From the NCBI GenBank assembly GCA_046484745.1, contig JAWOIJ010000068.1, positions 68,076 through 132,075 of the forward strand: a stretch of DNA of 64,000 nt, written 5' to 3'. The translations under genes and the position numbers were made by a program. Numbering within the stretch: position 1 is the first letter of the stretch; each line of letters begins with the position of its first letter. The notes under the pieces are model-generated. The model was not told the DNA's origin and did not search any database. It was given only the letters and a program-made list of their open reading frames with translations. The stretch is from Desulfobacterales bacterium. Its GTDB lineage: Bacteria > Desulfobacterota > Desulfobacteria > Desulfobacterales > SURF-7. Of this stretch, positions 1 through 8,387 are shown piece by piece.

Positions 1-209
1 TGTTTCCGCCATCCGGAAACAGCTAACACATCTTCTTCGGTTACGATACGGCCGTCCAGTTTACGCAGCAGATTTTCAACCAGGATCCGGATTGTAAAAG
101 GAAGGCGACCGATATCCGCAATCCCTTTTTCCTCGAGAACATGGATATCATATATAAAAAGTTCCTGACCGTCTGCCTTGACCGGCCTCCTATAATCAGA
201 TGATTTCAT
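1..209 (-). CDS. acnA: aconitate hydratase, N-terminal fragment (gene continues past the left edge)
   Basis: Own translation of the minus strand from the ATG at 209 gives MKSSDYRRPVKADGQELFIYDIHVLEEKGIADIGRLPFTIRILVENLLRKLDGRIVTEEDV. The LPxxIRILxENLLR block is the conserved aconitase/IRP N-terminus. It is absent from the ORF track because it is truncated by the window edge. Confidence 0.75.
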   Translation of the reverse strand, partial: MKSSDYRRPVKADGQELFIYDIHVLEEKGIADIGRLPFTIRILVENLLRKLDGRIVTEEDVLAVSGWRK

Positions 210-225
210 CAATCTCTCTCCAATG

Positions 226-1839
226 CTACTTCCGTTTTTGGGTCCAGAACGGATTAATCAGATCTTCAAAAATCGTCATCGCGGCACCGGCACCCTGCCC
301 GGCCGCCGTTACAATCTGTTTGAATCCGCCGACGACATCTCCGGCCACATAGATTCCCGGTACATTGGTTCGATAATTGTCATGGCGGATATACCCGTCA
401 GGAGTCAGGTCAATCGCAGCTTTTTGCGCAAGACCGACTTCAGGATCATAGCCAATGGCAATAAACACCCCGGCCACCTCAAGCGTAGACGTTTCATCTG
501 TTTTATTGTTTTTCAGGACAACCCGTTCAACCTGTTTTTCACCAACGATATCTTTTACTTCCGTGTTCAGCAGTACCGGAATATCATACTCGGGAAGCTT
601 ACGAGTCAGCACACTCTGAGCCCTGAAACCATCACCCCGATGCACCAAGGTGACATCAACCCCGATATTCTTCAGGTGAAGCGCTTCAGTTACAGCGCTG
701 TTCCCGCCCCCGACAATAATCACTTTTTTACCGGCAAAGAGGGGGCCGTCGCATGTGCTGCAATAACTGACGCCATGCCCTGCCAGTCGCAACTCGGCCG
801 GGAGTCCGATTTTTCGATGACTGGCGCCGGTAGCCAGAAGAAGCGACCGGGTTATAAACTTTCTCCTGTTTGTCTTTACGGTAAGCTTCTTTCCAGGTTT
901 GATTTCAACGACCTCTTCGCCTGGAAAAATTTTTACATATTCCAGCGCATGCGTCACCATGATGTCGACAAGCGTTTTTCCGCCCACTTGTTTCAGGCCG
1001 GGATAATTTTCCACAACAGGAGTGGTCGCCACCTGACCGCCCAGCGCGTCACGTTCAATAATTACCGTATTCAAACCGCTCCGGGCCGCGTATATTCCTG
1101 CAGTAAGCCCAGCAGGCCCTCCGCCGACAACCACAAGATCGGTTTCCACTTCGGAAGCATCGCTCTCGGGTATGAAAATCGTCTGCTGCTCCATTTTCTC
1201 AAGGGAAAGCATAAAAAGTTCTTCAGATTGTGCCCCCAGTGCAATCAGCACATCATTGGCATAGGTCTGCGGAACCGACTGGGCTGAATAGGTATCGGCA
1301 AGATCCGCATTGGCCTGAATGTCGATAATCTCAAGTGATATAAGATCCGGCTTTTCAATGGCTGCCCGAAGAGCATTCATGGCCTGCTGAGGGCAATACG
1401 GACAGGTGCTGCTGATAAAAACCTTGATGTTTTTAGGGGAATCAATCCGCTGAAGTACTTTTCCGGCCTGTTCGTTCAACCCGCTTTGCCTGCTTCCCAG
1501 AAGAAGAATTGCCTCAAGAAATATTCTTGCCTCTTCACCCAGCGGAGCGCCAAGCCACTTGATATGATACTGTTCAGGATCAAAAAGAATGGTCGGCGAT
1601 CTGTCCACTTTCCACTTCAAGGCCTTTTCGTCATCAAGGTTAAACTCCCGCAACGTAATTTTATCGGTCGTCTGACGAAAAAACCGGATTGCCTGTCTTG
1701 CATAGTCAATAAAGAGATCGTTTTTTCCCGGCTGTGCGAACAGGAATATCGGAATTTCACGGGAAAGATTCTGAAAAAGCTTTCTGATCTCCTGCTGTGC
1801 GTCCAGAACGCTTCTACCTTCTCCCTGTTGATCGTTCAT
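226..1839 (-). CDS. AhpF-like fusion: N-terminal thioredoxin-fold domains (CPYC) plus thioredoxin-disulfide reductase domain
   Basis: 537 aa. The N-terminal part carries STCPYCP. The C-terminal part has the FAD motif VVVGGGPAGLTAG, the redox-active CSTCDG and the NAD(P)H motif VIIVGGGNSA, typical of TrxR/AhpF. Confidence 0.85.
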   Translation of the reverse strand: MNDQQGEGRSVLDAQQEIRKLFQNLSREIPIFLFAQPGKNDLFIDYARQAIRFFRQTTDKITLREFNLDDEKALKWKVDRSPTILFDPEQYHIKWLGAPLGEEARIFLEAILLLGSRQSGLNEQAGKVLQRIDSPKNIKVFISSTCPYCPQQAMNALRAAIEKPDLISLEIIDIQANADLADTYSAQSVPQTYANDVLIALGAQSEELFMLSLEKMEQQTIFIPESDASEVETDLVVVGGGPAGLTAGIYAARSGLNTVIIERDALGGQVATTPVVENYPGLKQVGGKTLVDIMVTHALEYVKIFPGEEVVEIKPGKKLTVKTNRRKFITRSLLLATGASHRKIGLPAELRLAGHGVSYCSTCDGPLFAGKKVIIVGGGNSAVTEALHLKNIGVDVTLVHRGDGFRAQSVLTRKLPEYDIPVLLNTEVKDIVGEKQVERVVLKNNKTDETSTLEVAGVFIAIGYDPEVGLAQKAAIDLTPDGYIRHDNYRTNVPGIYVAGDVVGGFKQIVTAAGQGAGAAMTIFEDLINPFWTQKRK

Positions 1840-1887
1840 TTTTATTTTCCTCTCTGTTATTGATTTCTCTGCAAACCAGGATACAGG

Positions 1888-2529
1888 CTAATCGCGAAAG
1901 ACAAGCTTGCCGCCGAGAAATCCAGCGATTCCTGCGGCAAAAAGCATAACCAGATTGAGAAGAATAAATAAAAATCGATGCGGCGAACCCGCCATGGCAA
2001 CTTCCGGATTGATGACGTGCCATATCACAATCAAAAAAGCAGTTAGGGTAACAAGGGCCGCGCATATCATTTTTGTTATAAACAGCGTTGTCATGTTTCC
2101 GCCATACTTTCGCTTCCAGTCATTATACCCGGAAAAGAGAACAAGCGGCATGGACAGCAATACAAAAATGAGATTATAAAAAGCGGCCTGTGTCAGTTCA
2201 AAGAAATTAAATATCGAGGCCAGAATGACAAATGTTACCGACAGCGGCACCACACCGTTGGGTATATGCACGGATATCGGGTGAGCGTGATGTCTGGTCA
2301 TCATACTGGATACAAGGCCGTAAAGCCCTGCCGGCGATTCTGTTTCGGCCGAAGTTTCGCTGGTTTTAGCCGCTTCGGTTCTTGTTTCCGAAGGTTTCGA
2401 ATTTACAGGCTCTTCAGGCGGAAGTTCCACGAACTTGCTTTTATCCGCTCCGCATACCGGGCACGTCTCCGGAGGTTCTTCTCCTGTATGAATATATCCG
2501 CACACCGTGCATTCCCATCTTTTCATCAT
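1888..2529 (-). CDS. rubredoxin-type Fe(Cys)4 domain fused to a multi-pass membrane domain
   Basis: The N-terminus [29 protein letters not shown] has the CxxC...CPxCG rubredoxin knuckles. A Ser/Thr/Glu linker and about 4 hydrophobic helices follow. Confidence 0.7.
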   Translation of the reverse strand: MMKRWECTVCGYIHTGEEPPETCPVCGADKSKFVELPPEEPVNSKPSETRTEAAKTSETSAETESPAGLYGLVSSMMTRHHAHPISVHIPNGVVPLSVTFVILASIFNFFELTQAAFYNLIFVLLSMPLVLFSGYNDWKRKYGGNMTTLFITKMICAALVTLTAFLIVIWHVINPEVAMAGSPHRFLFILLNLVMLFAAGIAGFLGGKLVFRD

Positions 2530-2546
2530 CTTTTCCTTTCTTTATC

Positions 2547-3725
2547 TTATCTTTTATCGAGTGGAATAAAGGAACATTCATCCGGACCGCAATAGTCTCC
2601 GATATATTCCGCGTCCGGGCGATAAAGTACCGGTTTTGCGCCGGCCCCTCCAAATTGCTCTTCGATAACATGGGCTGCCCAGCCTACGACTCTGGCAACT
2701 GCAAAAACCGGTGTAAATAGATCTACGGGTATTCCCATGTAGTAATAAAGGGACGCGCTGTAGAAATCTACATTCGCATAAATCTCTTTTTCTTTTTTAC
2801 GTTTAAAGGCTTCCTTTCCCTTCTCTTCGAGAGTTTTGGAAAGTTCATACCATGTAGGATCTCCTGTCCGCTCTCCCATCTTTTTGGACATGGGAGCCAG
2901 GATACGCGCCCGGGGATCATCTGTCTGATATACGGCGTGTCCGAGCCCCATGATCTTTCCGCCGGTTTCCAGAATCCGCTCAACATAACCCTCGACCCTG
3001 TCAACCGAACCGATTTCAAACAGCATCTGCATCACACGGGTGTTTGCTCCGCCATGAAGCTCACCGGAAAGCGACCCGATTGCAGCAGCTATCGCTGCAT
3101 AAATGTGTGCCCGGGTAGAGGCAACCTGGCGTGCGGAAAAGGTTGAAGCATTAAAGGAATGCTCCGCGTGAAGAACCAGACAGGTATTGAAAAAATCCGC
3201 AATCTCATCATCCGGCTTTTCTCCTTTCAACATATATAAAAAATTTGCCGCCTGATTGAATTCAGGAGAAGGCTGAACCGGTGCCTGGCCGTTTCGAATC
3301 CTGCCCCATGCCGTAACGATTGTCGGCATTTTGGCAATAAGACGGATTGCCATGCGCAATGTCGCCTCCCGGGAATACTCTCTGATGTCCGGATCATGAT
3401 GCGCCAGCATGGTAACGGATGACTGCAGGATATCCATGGGAAGGGCATCTTTCGGACTCGACTTCAGTGCCTCGATAATGACTTCCGGAACATGCATATT
3501 CTCCGCTAATCGAGACTTGAGTTCAGAAAGCTCCTTTTTCTCCGGAAACCTTTCATATAGAAGAAGAAATATAATCTCTTCAAACTCCGCCATCCCCGCA
3601 AGGTCTTTTGCCAGGTATCCTCTGTATGACAATTTCCCTGCCGCACCATCCACATCGCTTATTTTGGTCGTTGCAACGGAAAATCCCCTTAAACCGGTAT
3701 TGAGAATAGGTCTGCACTCTTCCAT
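2547..3725 (-). CDS. citrate synthase (short, archaeal/Gram-positive type)
   Basis: 392 aa with citrate synthase signatures: HAEHSFNAST, GLGHAVY and the DFYSA context. Confidence 0.9.
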   Translation of the reverse strand: MEECRPILNTGLRGFSVATTKISDVDGAAGKLSYRGYLAKDLAGMAEFEEIIFLLLYERFPEKKELSELKSRLAENMHVPEVIIEALKSSPKDALPMDILQSSVTMLAHHDPDIREYSREATLRMAIRLIAKMPTIVTAWGRIRNGQAPVQPSPEFNQAANFLYMLKGEKPDDEIADFFNTCLVLHAEHSFNASTFSARQVASTRAHIYAAIAAAIGSLSGELHGGANTRVMQMLFEIGSVDRVEGYVERILETGGKIMGLGHAVYQTDDPRARILAPMSKKMGERTGDPTWYELSKTLEEKGKEAFKRKKEKEIYANVDFYSASLYYYMGIPVDLFTPVFAVARVVGWAAHVIEEQFGGAGAKPVLYRPDAEYIGDYCGPDECSFIPLDKR

Positions 3726-3810
3726 AATAAACTCCCTGTATGTTTGTCATGTGTTTACGGGTTTGTTCAATATTGCAGCGGAACGCTTTGATCCATCAAT
3801 GGAAATACGA

Positions 3811-4020
3811 TTAAATATCGATCCACATATCTGCTTCATTGCCACAGTGAGTACAGGTACCTGTCGCTTTTACCTTTGAGACGATCTTCGCTTCCTTTTC
3901 ATCCGTTTCCCCGGATTTTTCTACCGCTTCTTCATATTCAGACAGTGAACAGGTCAACTCCATCTCCGCTTCATTGCCGCAATGGACGCATTTGCATACT
4001 TGCTTTAAATTTTTGGTCAT
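3811..4020 (-). CDS. small Cys-rich protein with an internal duplicated CxHCGNEAxM motif (zinc-ribbon-like), function unknown
   Basis: The track ORF 3811..4143 is trimmed to the ATG at 4020, which is preceded by GGAGG (4026-4030, minus strand). The 69-aa product is MTKNLKQVCKCVHCGNEAEMELTC...TGTCTHCGNEADMWIDI. Confidence 0.6.
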   Translation of the reverse strand: MTKNLKQVCKCVHCGNEAEMELTCSLSEYEEAVEKSGETDEKEAKIVSKVKATGTCTHCGNEADMWIDI

Positions 4021-4138
4021 TTTTCCTCCACTTTTCGGAATCTCTGGTTTATGATTTTTCAGTTTTATCTTGAAGAAATGATTTGTAGAAAACCCATTAC
4101 ACGAACAGATTTTTTTTCTACCATACTTTTCACCAAAT

Positions 4139-4154
4139 ATCAATTATTGTGCCA
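4139..4154 (-). promoter_or_regulatory. sigma54-like -24/-12 element with variant -12 (TGGCACAATAATTGAT)
   Basis: The minus strand reads TTGGCAC-AATAA-TTGAT with correct GG-N10 spacing but GA instead of GC at -12. It lies about 120 nt upstream of the 3811..4020 start. Confidence 0.35.
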
Positions 4155-4167
4155 AAATAGTGATTGT

Positions 4168-4755
4168 TTAAAATGAAAGGAACGAGGTCAATGCGCCATG
4201 TTCGCGGAGTATGTTTACCCCGATAGCGATCAGTACCCCGGCACCAGCAAATTCAGCATACCGTTGAAGAAAAACAAATCTGCTCGCACGGCTTCCAAGC
4301 AGCAGCCCGGCCGCGGTAAATATCGCCGCAATGATGCCGATCACAAGAGCGGGAAACCATATTGAAATATTGATAAATGCCAAACTCAGCCCCACAGCGA
4401 GCGCATCGATGCTGGTGGCAATCGAAAGCAGCACCAGGTTCGAGCCTTTTGTGGGATCATTAGGCGATACACGCTTTTCGGATTTTTCAAGGGCGGATCG
4501 GAACATGTTCATGCTTACAAATGCAAGCAGGCCAAAAGCAGCCCAGTGGTCATATCTTTCGATAAGATCCCGTATGGACAGCCCTGCGCCATATCCGATA
4601 ACCGGCATCATTGCCTGAAATAAGCCGAAATGCCATGACAGACGGAAAAACTGCCGGGGACTGACATGTTGAAGCGTGATCCCGGAAGCAACGGCAACAG
4701 CGAACGCATCCATCGCAAGGGCGACGGCTAAAGCGAAAAGATTGATAAAATTCAA
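4168..4755 (-). CDS. mntP: manganese efflux pump MntP
   Basis: 195 aa and hydrophobic. The N-terminus LAVALAMDAFAVAVASG and the internal SIDALAVGLS repeat are typical of the MntP/DUF204 family. Confidence 0.8.
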   Translation of the reverse strand: MNFINLFALAVALAMDAFAVAVASGITLQHVSPRQFFRLSWHFGLFQAMMPVIGYGAGLSIRDLIERYDHWAAFGLLAFVSMNMFRSALEKSEKRVSPNDPTKGSNLVLLSIATSIDALAVGLSLAFINISIWFPALVIGIIAAIFTAAGLLLGSRASRFVFLQRYAEFAGAGVLIAIGVNILREHGALTSFLSF

Positions 4756-4767
4756 AATAATATTCGT

Positions 4768-5100
4768 TTAGAAAACGATTTTTTCGGGCGGCCGCCTCTC
4801 CGGAACATATTCATGCTCAATCTGATTCTCGTTCCATTCTTTAGAGACGTACAGATTGCAGTAGCAGCTGCCATATTCCTCAACATCAGGCTTGCGGTAG
4901 ATACAGGGGCATACAATATCCTTGTCGCCCTCCCGGTCTCCTGAGGCGAGCCTGCATGGGCAGGCAATGTACCCGTAACGCTCCTTGTTCACGGTAAGGG
5001 CTTCCAGCAGTTCGAAAACCTTTTCCCGGTCCCTGTTGAAATAATACCCTTTTGCTTCCTGAGATTTTTTGAGCATTTCATACAGCTTTTCAGTTTCCAT
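4768..5100 (-). CDS. ferredoxin:thioredoxin reductase catalytic-subunit-like protein (FTR/FDR family)
   Basis: The sequence CPCRLASGDREGDKDIVCPCIYRKPDVEEYGSCYCNLY gives the CPC-x-CPC-x-C(Y)C cluster and disulfide pattern of FTR-B, with CYC in place of the classical CHC. The start overlaps the upstream stop (TGATG). Confidence 0.75.
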   Translation of the reverse strand: METEKLYEMLKKSQEAKGYYFNRDREKVFELLEALTVNKERYGYIACPCRLASGDREGDKDIVCPCIYRKPDVEEYGSCYCNLYVSKEWNENQIEHEYVPERRPPEKIVF

Positions 5101-5372
5101 CAGATGCCGAGCGCCTCCTTGATCTCTTTTTCCTTATATCCAACGATGACCTTATCACCGATTATAATGGTAGGGAAAGAACATCTTTCATTCACCTTTT
5201 TCACATCTTCAATAATCGCTTTACGCTCTTCTCCTTCCAGGGTATCGACGTCGACATACTCATATTCAATGTTGCATTCGCTAAGCAGTTTCTTGGCTGA
5301 TCTGCAATGACCGCAGGTGCTCAGCGAATAGACCTTGACCTCTTCATGATTCATAGCGGTTTTCCCTTTCAT
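5100..5372 (-). CDS. glutaredoxin-like / thioredoxin-fold protein (CGHC active site)
   Basis: VKVYSLSTCGHCRSAKKLL followed by FPTIIIG is a glutaredoxin-like fold. The likely true start is the ATG at 5354 (MNHEEVKVY), which has a purine-rich RBS. It is translationally coupled to the FTR-like gene. Confidence 0.75.
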   Translation of the reverse strand: MKGKTAMNHEEVKVYSLSTCGHCRSAKKLLSECNIEYEYVDVDTLEGEERKAIIEDVKKVNERCSFPTIIIGDKVIVGYKEKEIKEALGI

Positions 5373-5587
5373 GGTTGACGGATAATCCGTTCTTCTGTTT
5401 TAATCTTTTTTTGCCGAAAAACTCCCTTCCGTTCAGAGGAGCCGGACCCCGAAGGAGGTCGTCAGCCCTGTACATACCATATCGGCATCTGGATAGCCAA
5501 GAAAATCAGAACTTCCTCAGTGGATTTAACAGACTTCCCGTTCCAGGCCATTCCCCGGTTCCGGCATTCCGGCATCCCGTCATCCTG

Positions 5588-7810
5588 CTACACAGGATGA
5601 ACAATCCCGGAGGCAGATGCGTTTGCCGCCTCCAACAGTTCGACAAGTTTTGCAGGATCCGTGACCGGTTCCCTGCAGGCATGATCAAAGCAGACATATG
5701 CTACAGGTCTTTCATTTACCAGTTGGATATGCTTCATTATTTCAAGATATCCGGACAAGCTTTCCCGTTTATCCTCTCCGTCGACCAGTAGGATCGTTTT
5801 TCCCGGCTGAAAAGTCCCTCGCGCAGCCCTTAAAAGGTTTTCTGTGTCAGCGTCTTTTTCTCTGCCGGCAATGATAATCTGTACCGGTCTGGACAAAAAT
5901 GTCCCCAGGGTAACAAGCATCTGGGGAGCGAAATCCGGATGCATGCTCATCACGAAAGCCGCAGATGCGATTGTTTTCAAGGCACTTTCTCGAAAATTCA
6001 CATTTCCCGTAATATTGAAAAGCCGAAGCAGAGAAACAGCGGCAACCGAGCCTGCTGACGGGAGGACATTGTCCGACTCCTCCTTGACGCGCAGCAGGAG
6101 ATTTCTGTCATGACCTTCGCGGGTCATATAAAAGCCGCCTTTTCCATCATCAAAGAATAGACGGATCTGCTCTTCGGCAAGGGTAATTGCCCAGTCAAGC
6201 CATCGAGGGTTGAAATCCGCCTCGTACAGGTCTATAAGGCCCTGTGTCAAAAAAGAATAATCCGAAGCCAGCCCGGGTATTTTACGCTCGCCATCCCGCC
6301 AGATTCTAAAAAGTTGACGGGATTTTTTTTCATAGAGATTCGTATATATAAATTCAGCAGCTTTTGTTGCCGCATCTTTATGGCGCTGGTTGCCGGTGAC
6401 CTGGTATGCTCGGGCCAGAGCGGAGATCATAAGGCCGTTCCAGGAGGTAATGACCTTATCATCCAGATGGGGCCTGTGCCGGCCGGCTCTATGGTCAAAC
6501 AGCTTCCCATGCGCCTGCTGCCGGTTCGAAACAATTTCAGATTCCGGTTTCTTAAACAATTCCGCAGCTTCGCTTACCGTATGCGCGGCAAAAAGCACGT
6601 TTTTGCCACTGAATTCTCCAGTCGGATCTGACATGACATTCCCGTCCGCTCTCACCCCGTAAAGAAAGGCAAAGATATCAAAAGACTCCTGCCCAAGAAC
6701 CGATTTCACCTCTTCGGCCTCCCAGACATAATACGCCCCCTCCTCCTTCTTTTCTTCCTTCTTGCCGCTTGCGGCGAATCCCGGAAGGCTGTCCGCATCC
6801 TCGGCTGAGAAAAAGGCCCCGCCCGGATGCGTCAAGTCCCTCAGGACATAGTCAATCGTTTTTTCGGCAATTTTCAAATACGATTCATCCCCTCCTGCCT
6901 GAAAAGCTTCGATATAGGCCCGGACAAGCTGCGCATTGTCATAAAGCATCTTCTCAAAATGGGGCACATGCCAGTCCGCATCCACAGAATACCGGTGAAA
7001 ACCGCCTCCGATGTGGTCATGAATCCCCCCCTTTGCCATGGCTCTCAGGGTATGGCAGGCCATATCGAGAGCCGCCCTTCCCTGATCTGATCTCCGGTTG
7101 TCTGCTTCTGAAAATTTTGAATAAAACAGCAGAAAATTGATGACCGAAGGAGAAGGAAACTTGGGCGCATTGCCGAACCCTCCCCTTCTTCCATCATGGT
7201 TTGCCGCATAGACCGCAAACGCTCTGTCCATCAGGGAGGCATCCATGGACTTCTCGTCCGGTCCCTGAGTTTGACTTTCCGTAAAATATCTTTTTAATGC
7301 TGCTGAAACAGATTCCGCGGATCTGAAAATTTTTTCGCGCTGACTGTTGTTTTGCCAGGCATTTCCGATCTGCACAAGCAGCTCCGGCCAGGAAATCATA
7401 CCGGGACGCGGCTCTTTCGGAAAATAAGTTCCACCGAAAAAAGGTTTCAGATCGCCGGGTGTCAGAAAAACATTCAGCGGCCACCCTGCAGAGCCGTTTA
7501 AAGCGGAAACAGCGGTTATGTAGACCTTGTCCAGATCCGGCCTTTCCTCCCGGTCAACTTTAACGCAGACAAACATGCTGTTCATCAGTTCAGCCACACC
7601 CGTGTCTGAAAATGATTCCGCGGCCATGACATGGCACCAGTGGCAGGTAGAATATCCGATCGATACCAGAATCGGTTTATCCTCCTTCCGTGCTTTCTCA
7701 AAAGCGGCCTCTCCCCATGGATACCAGTCAACCGGATTTTGGGCGTGCTGCAGCAGGTAAGGACTTTTTTCATGGATCAAACGGTTTGGATCTTCTTTAT
7801 GATGTTGCAT
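5588..7810 (-). CDS. thioredoxin-domain protein YyaL/DUF255 with a C-terminal (alpha/alpha)6 domain
   Basis: The track ORF is trimmed to the ATG at 7810, which is preceded by GGAGGAG. The sequence [47 protein letters not shown] is the hallmark DUF255/YyaL N-terminus. Confidence 0.85.
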   Translation of the reverse strand: MQHHKEDPNRLIHEKSPYLLQHAQNPVDWYPWGEAAFEKARKEDKPILVSIGYSTCHWCHVMAAESFSDTGVAELMNSMFVCVKVDREERPDLDKVYITAVSALNGSAGWPLNVFLTPGDLKPFFGGTYFPKEPRPGMISWPELLVQIGNAWQNNSQREKIFRSAESVSAALKRYFTESQTQGPDEKSMDASLMDRAFAVYAANHDGRRGGFGNAPKFPSPSVINFLLFYSKFSEADNRRSDQGRAALDMACHTLRAMAKGGIHDHIGGGFHRYSVDADWHVPHFEKMLYDNAQLVRAYIEAFQAGGDESYLKIAEKTIDYVLRDLTHPGGAFFSAEDADSLPGFAASGKKEEKKEEGAYYVWEAEEVKSVLGQESFDIFAFLYGVRADGNVMSDPTGEFSGKNVLFAAHTVSEAAELFKKPESEIVSNRQQAHGKLFDHRAGRHRPHLDDKVITSWNGLMISALARAYQVTGNQRHKDAATKAAEFIYTNLYEKKSRQLFRIWRDGERKIPGLASDYSFLTQGLIDLYEADFNPRWLDWAITLAEEQIRLFFDDGKGGFYMTREGHDRNLLLRVKEESDNVLPSAGSVAAVSLLRLFNITGNVNFRESALKTIASAAFVMSMHPDFAPQMLVTLGTFLSRPVQIIIAGREKDADTENLLRAARGTFQPGKTILLVDGEDKRESLSGYLEIMKHIQLVNERPVAYVCFDHACREPVTDPAKLVELLEAANASASGIVHPV

Positions 7811-8065
7811 ACTCTCCTCCCGGTTCAGTAATGGTTGTTTGTTCAAGTGCATCAATCCCAACAAGAAGAGCCGGAACCGGAATGATACTCTTTTGGTTTC
7901 GGACACTCTTGTCAATCTGATGGCTGAGCTCTCTCTTTTTTATTTGCAAAAAATCTCTTGCTGAGGCATTATTGTAACTGTTCGCCTTCCGAACTGCACT
8001 TGCTCGACCCGATGCGATATTTCGGCGTTCCGAACGTTATTGGATCCAGAAAAATCAGATCCCTG

Positions 8066-8084
8066 ACATTTCAGCCTGAAATGT
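8066..8084. promoter_or_regulatory. perfect 19-bp palindrome ACATTTCAGcCTGAAATGT in the yyaL/cooS divergent intergenic region
   Basis: Read directly: two 9-bp arms that are exact reverse complements around one central C. The one-base centre leaves too small a loop for a simple hairpin, so this is more likely a dimeric regulator site. Confidence 0.4.
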
Positions 8085-8103
8085 GTCTTAATTTTTTAAA
8101 ACA

Positions 8104-8119
8104 ATCAATTATCATGCCA
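8104..8119 (-). promoter_or_regulatory. sigma54-like -24/-12 element with variant -12 (TGGCATGATAATTGAT)
   Basis: The minus strand reads TTGGCAT-GATAA-TTGAT. It points toward yyaL but sits about 295 nt upstream of its ATG. Confidence 0.25.
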
Positions 8120-8282
8120 AATCCTATAACGACTGGAATGTTGATTGTTAAGTATATTTTATTTATGCCGATTCTATCGAAACGTCCTGTTTTCCGGCCT
8201 CCGGTAAAGACAAAAAATTTTCATTCAGATCAAACACCGGCCCGGTTTTTGCGTACAATTAACATCATGATATCCGGTTTGC

Positions 8283-8310
8283 TTGACAAATCAAACACCG
8301 TCATTATTAT
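8283..8310 (+). promoter_or_regulatory. sigma70-type promoter candidate for cooS
   Basis: TTGACA (8283-8288), a 16-nt spacer, then TATTAT (8305-8310), about 75 nt upstream of the cooS ATG. Confidence 0.35.
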
Positions 8311-8387
8311 TTACAATAGTACCACATAGTGATATAGTCAACTCACTCGGACAGAAAACACAATCCATTCCATGAAGGGAGGAAAAA

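Noticed and set aside
223-1287. A 354-aa plus-strand ORF overlapping the AhpF-like gene.
   Set aside because: It is antisense to a minus-strand ORF that carries clear FAD/NAD and CxxC motifs. Its own translation is low-complexity with no recognisable motif, so it is a shadow ORF.
4756-4767. An expected yybP-ykoY Mn riboswitch upstream of mntP.
   Set aside because: Only 12 nt separate mntP from the preceding FTR-like gene, so there is no room for a riboswitch. mntP is apparently co-transcribed.
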